Shown here: piece by piece, positions 63,688-64,000 of the stretch
Numbering within the stretch: position 1 is the first letter of the stretch
How the letters are laid out: each line of letters starts with the position of its first letter
The notes under the pieces: generated by a model
What the model was told of the DNA's origin: nothing
Databases searched by the model: none
The model's input: the letters and a program-made list of their open reading frames with translations, nothing else
NCBI GenBank assembly: GCA_963843705.1
Contig: CAWJLQ010000009.1
Location: 56,770-120,769, forward strand
Reading direction: 5' to 3'
Origin: an uncultured Actinomycetes bacterium
Lineage (GTDB): Bacteria; Actinomycetota; Thermoleophilia; Gaiellales; JAICJC01
DNA length: 64,000 bases
Made by a program: the position numbers and the translations under genes

Positions 63688-63821
63688 ACCCCTAAAAAGT
63701 GCCTAAGAATGCGGCGCTTGCCGCCTTCGGGCGTTGCGCCCGGCCGAGGACGTGTCCCATCATGGAATGACCAACCCGGGATGGGATGCCGGGACTGAAG
63801 CCTGCGGAGGAGGATGTCGTC

Positions 63822-64000
63822 ATGAGCGCACGCCTGAAGCGCCGGATTGTGATCGCAGCGGTCGTGCTCGGCGTGGTCGGGCTGGGCGGCACGGCGCTGG
63901 CGGCGTCCTCCTCCAGCGGGAACACGTTCCTCGGCGACGTCGCCAAGCGGCTCGGGATCTCGCAGACGAAGCTCCAGACCGCGATCAACGGAGCGGTCAA
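63822..64000 (+). CDS. Secreted hypothetical protein, 3' truncated by window (absent from the ORF track)
   Basis: RBS GGAGGAGG, then MSARLKRRIVIAAVVLGVVGLGGTALAASSS...DVAKRLGISQTKLQTAI (signal peptide). Confidence 0.75.
   Translation, partial: MSARLKRRIVIAAVVLGVVGLGGTALAASSSSGNTFLGDVAKRLGISQTKLQTAINGAV

Noticed and set aside
63692-64000. Minus-strand 102-aa ORF at the window end
   Set aside because: It is the antisense of a better-supported plus-strand gene starting at 63822 (RBS and signal peptide).

Overview
Very GC-rich, gene-dense bacterial chromosomal segment. It is probably from a soil actinobacterium; the gene content suggests Thermoleophilia, which is an inference only. From left to right it holds: small housekeeping genes; an ECF sigma/anti-sigma/NUDIX operon; a TetR-linked peptide-type ABC importer operon with an amidase and a D-aminoacylase; a stress cluster (esterase, YihY, SigB/F-type sigma, MarR) and a secreted metallophosphoesterase; a ~14 kb group 1h (high-affinity, atmospheric H2) [NiFe]-hydrogenase operon (hypC-hypC'-hypD-hypE-hhyS-hhyL-hhyE-hhaABC-protease-hypA-hypB-gmhA-like-hypF); a divergent cassette of Crp/Fnr regulator, a second large-subunit-less hhyS and two small unknown proteins; a second SigB/F-type sigma; an IclR-controlled ~15 kb aromatic funnel and beta-ketoadipate operon (ABC importer, aryl-alcohol and aldehyde dehydrogenases, pcaIJHGBCF, pobA, no pcaD); and miscellaneous genes. 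The best candidate for an undescribed system is the Crp/HhyS2 cassette, possibly an H2/redox-sensing or alternative-small-subunit module. Both small subunits lack the usual distal-cluster His. Other notable signals are a shared SigB/F promoter motif at four loci, a hairpin insertion between pcaI and pcaJ that keeps translational coupling through its own mini-ORF, and a gene flanked by inverted repeats. No rRNA, tRNA, CRISPR array or transposase was recognised. Many start codons were re-assigned by hand from the ORF track.
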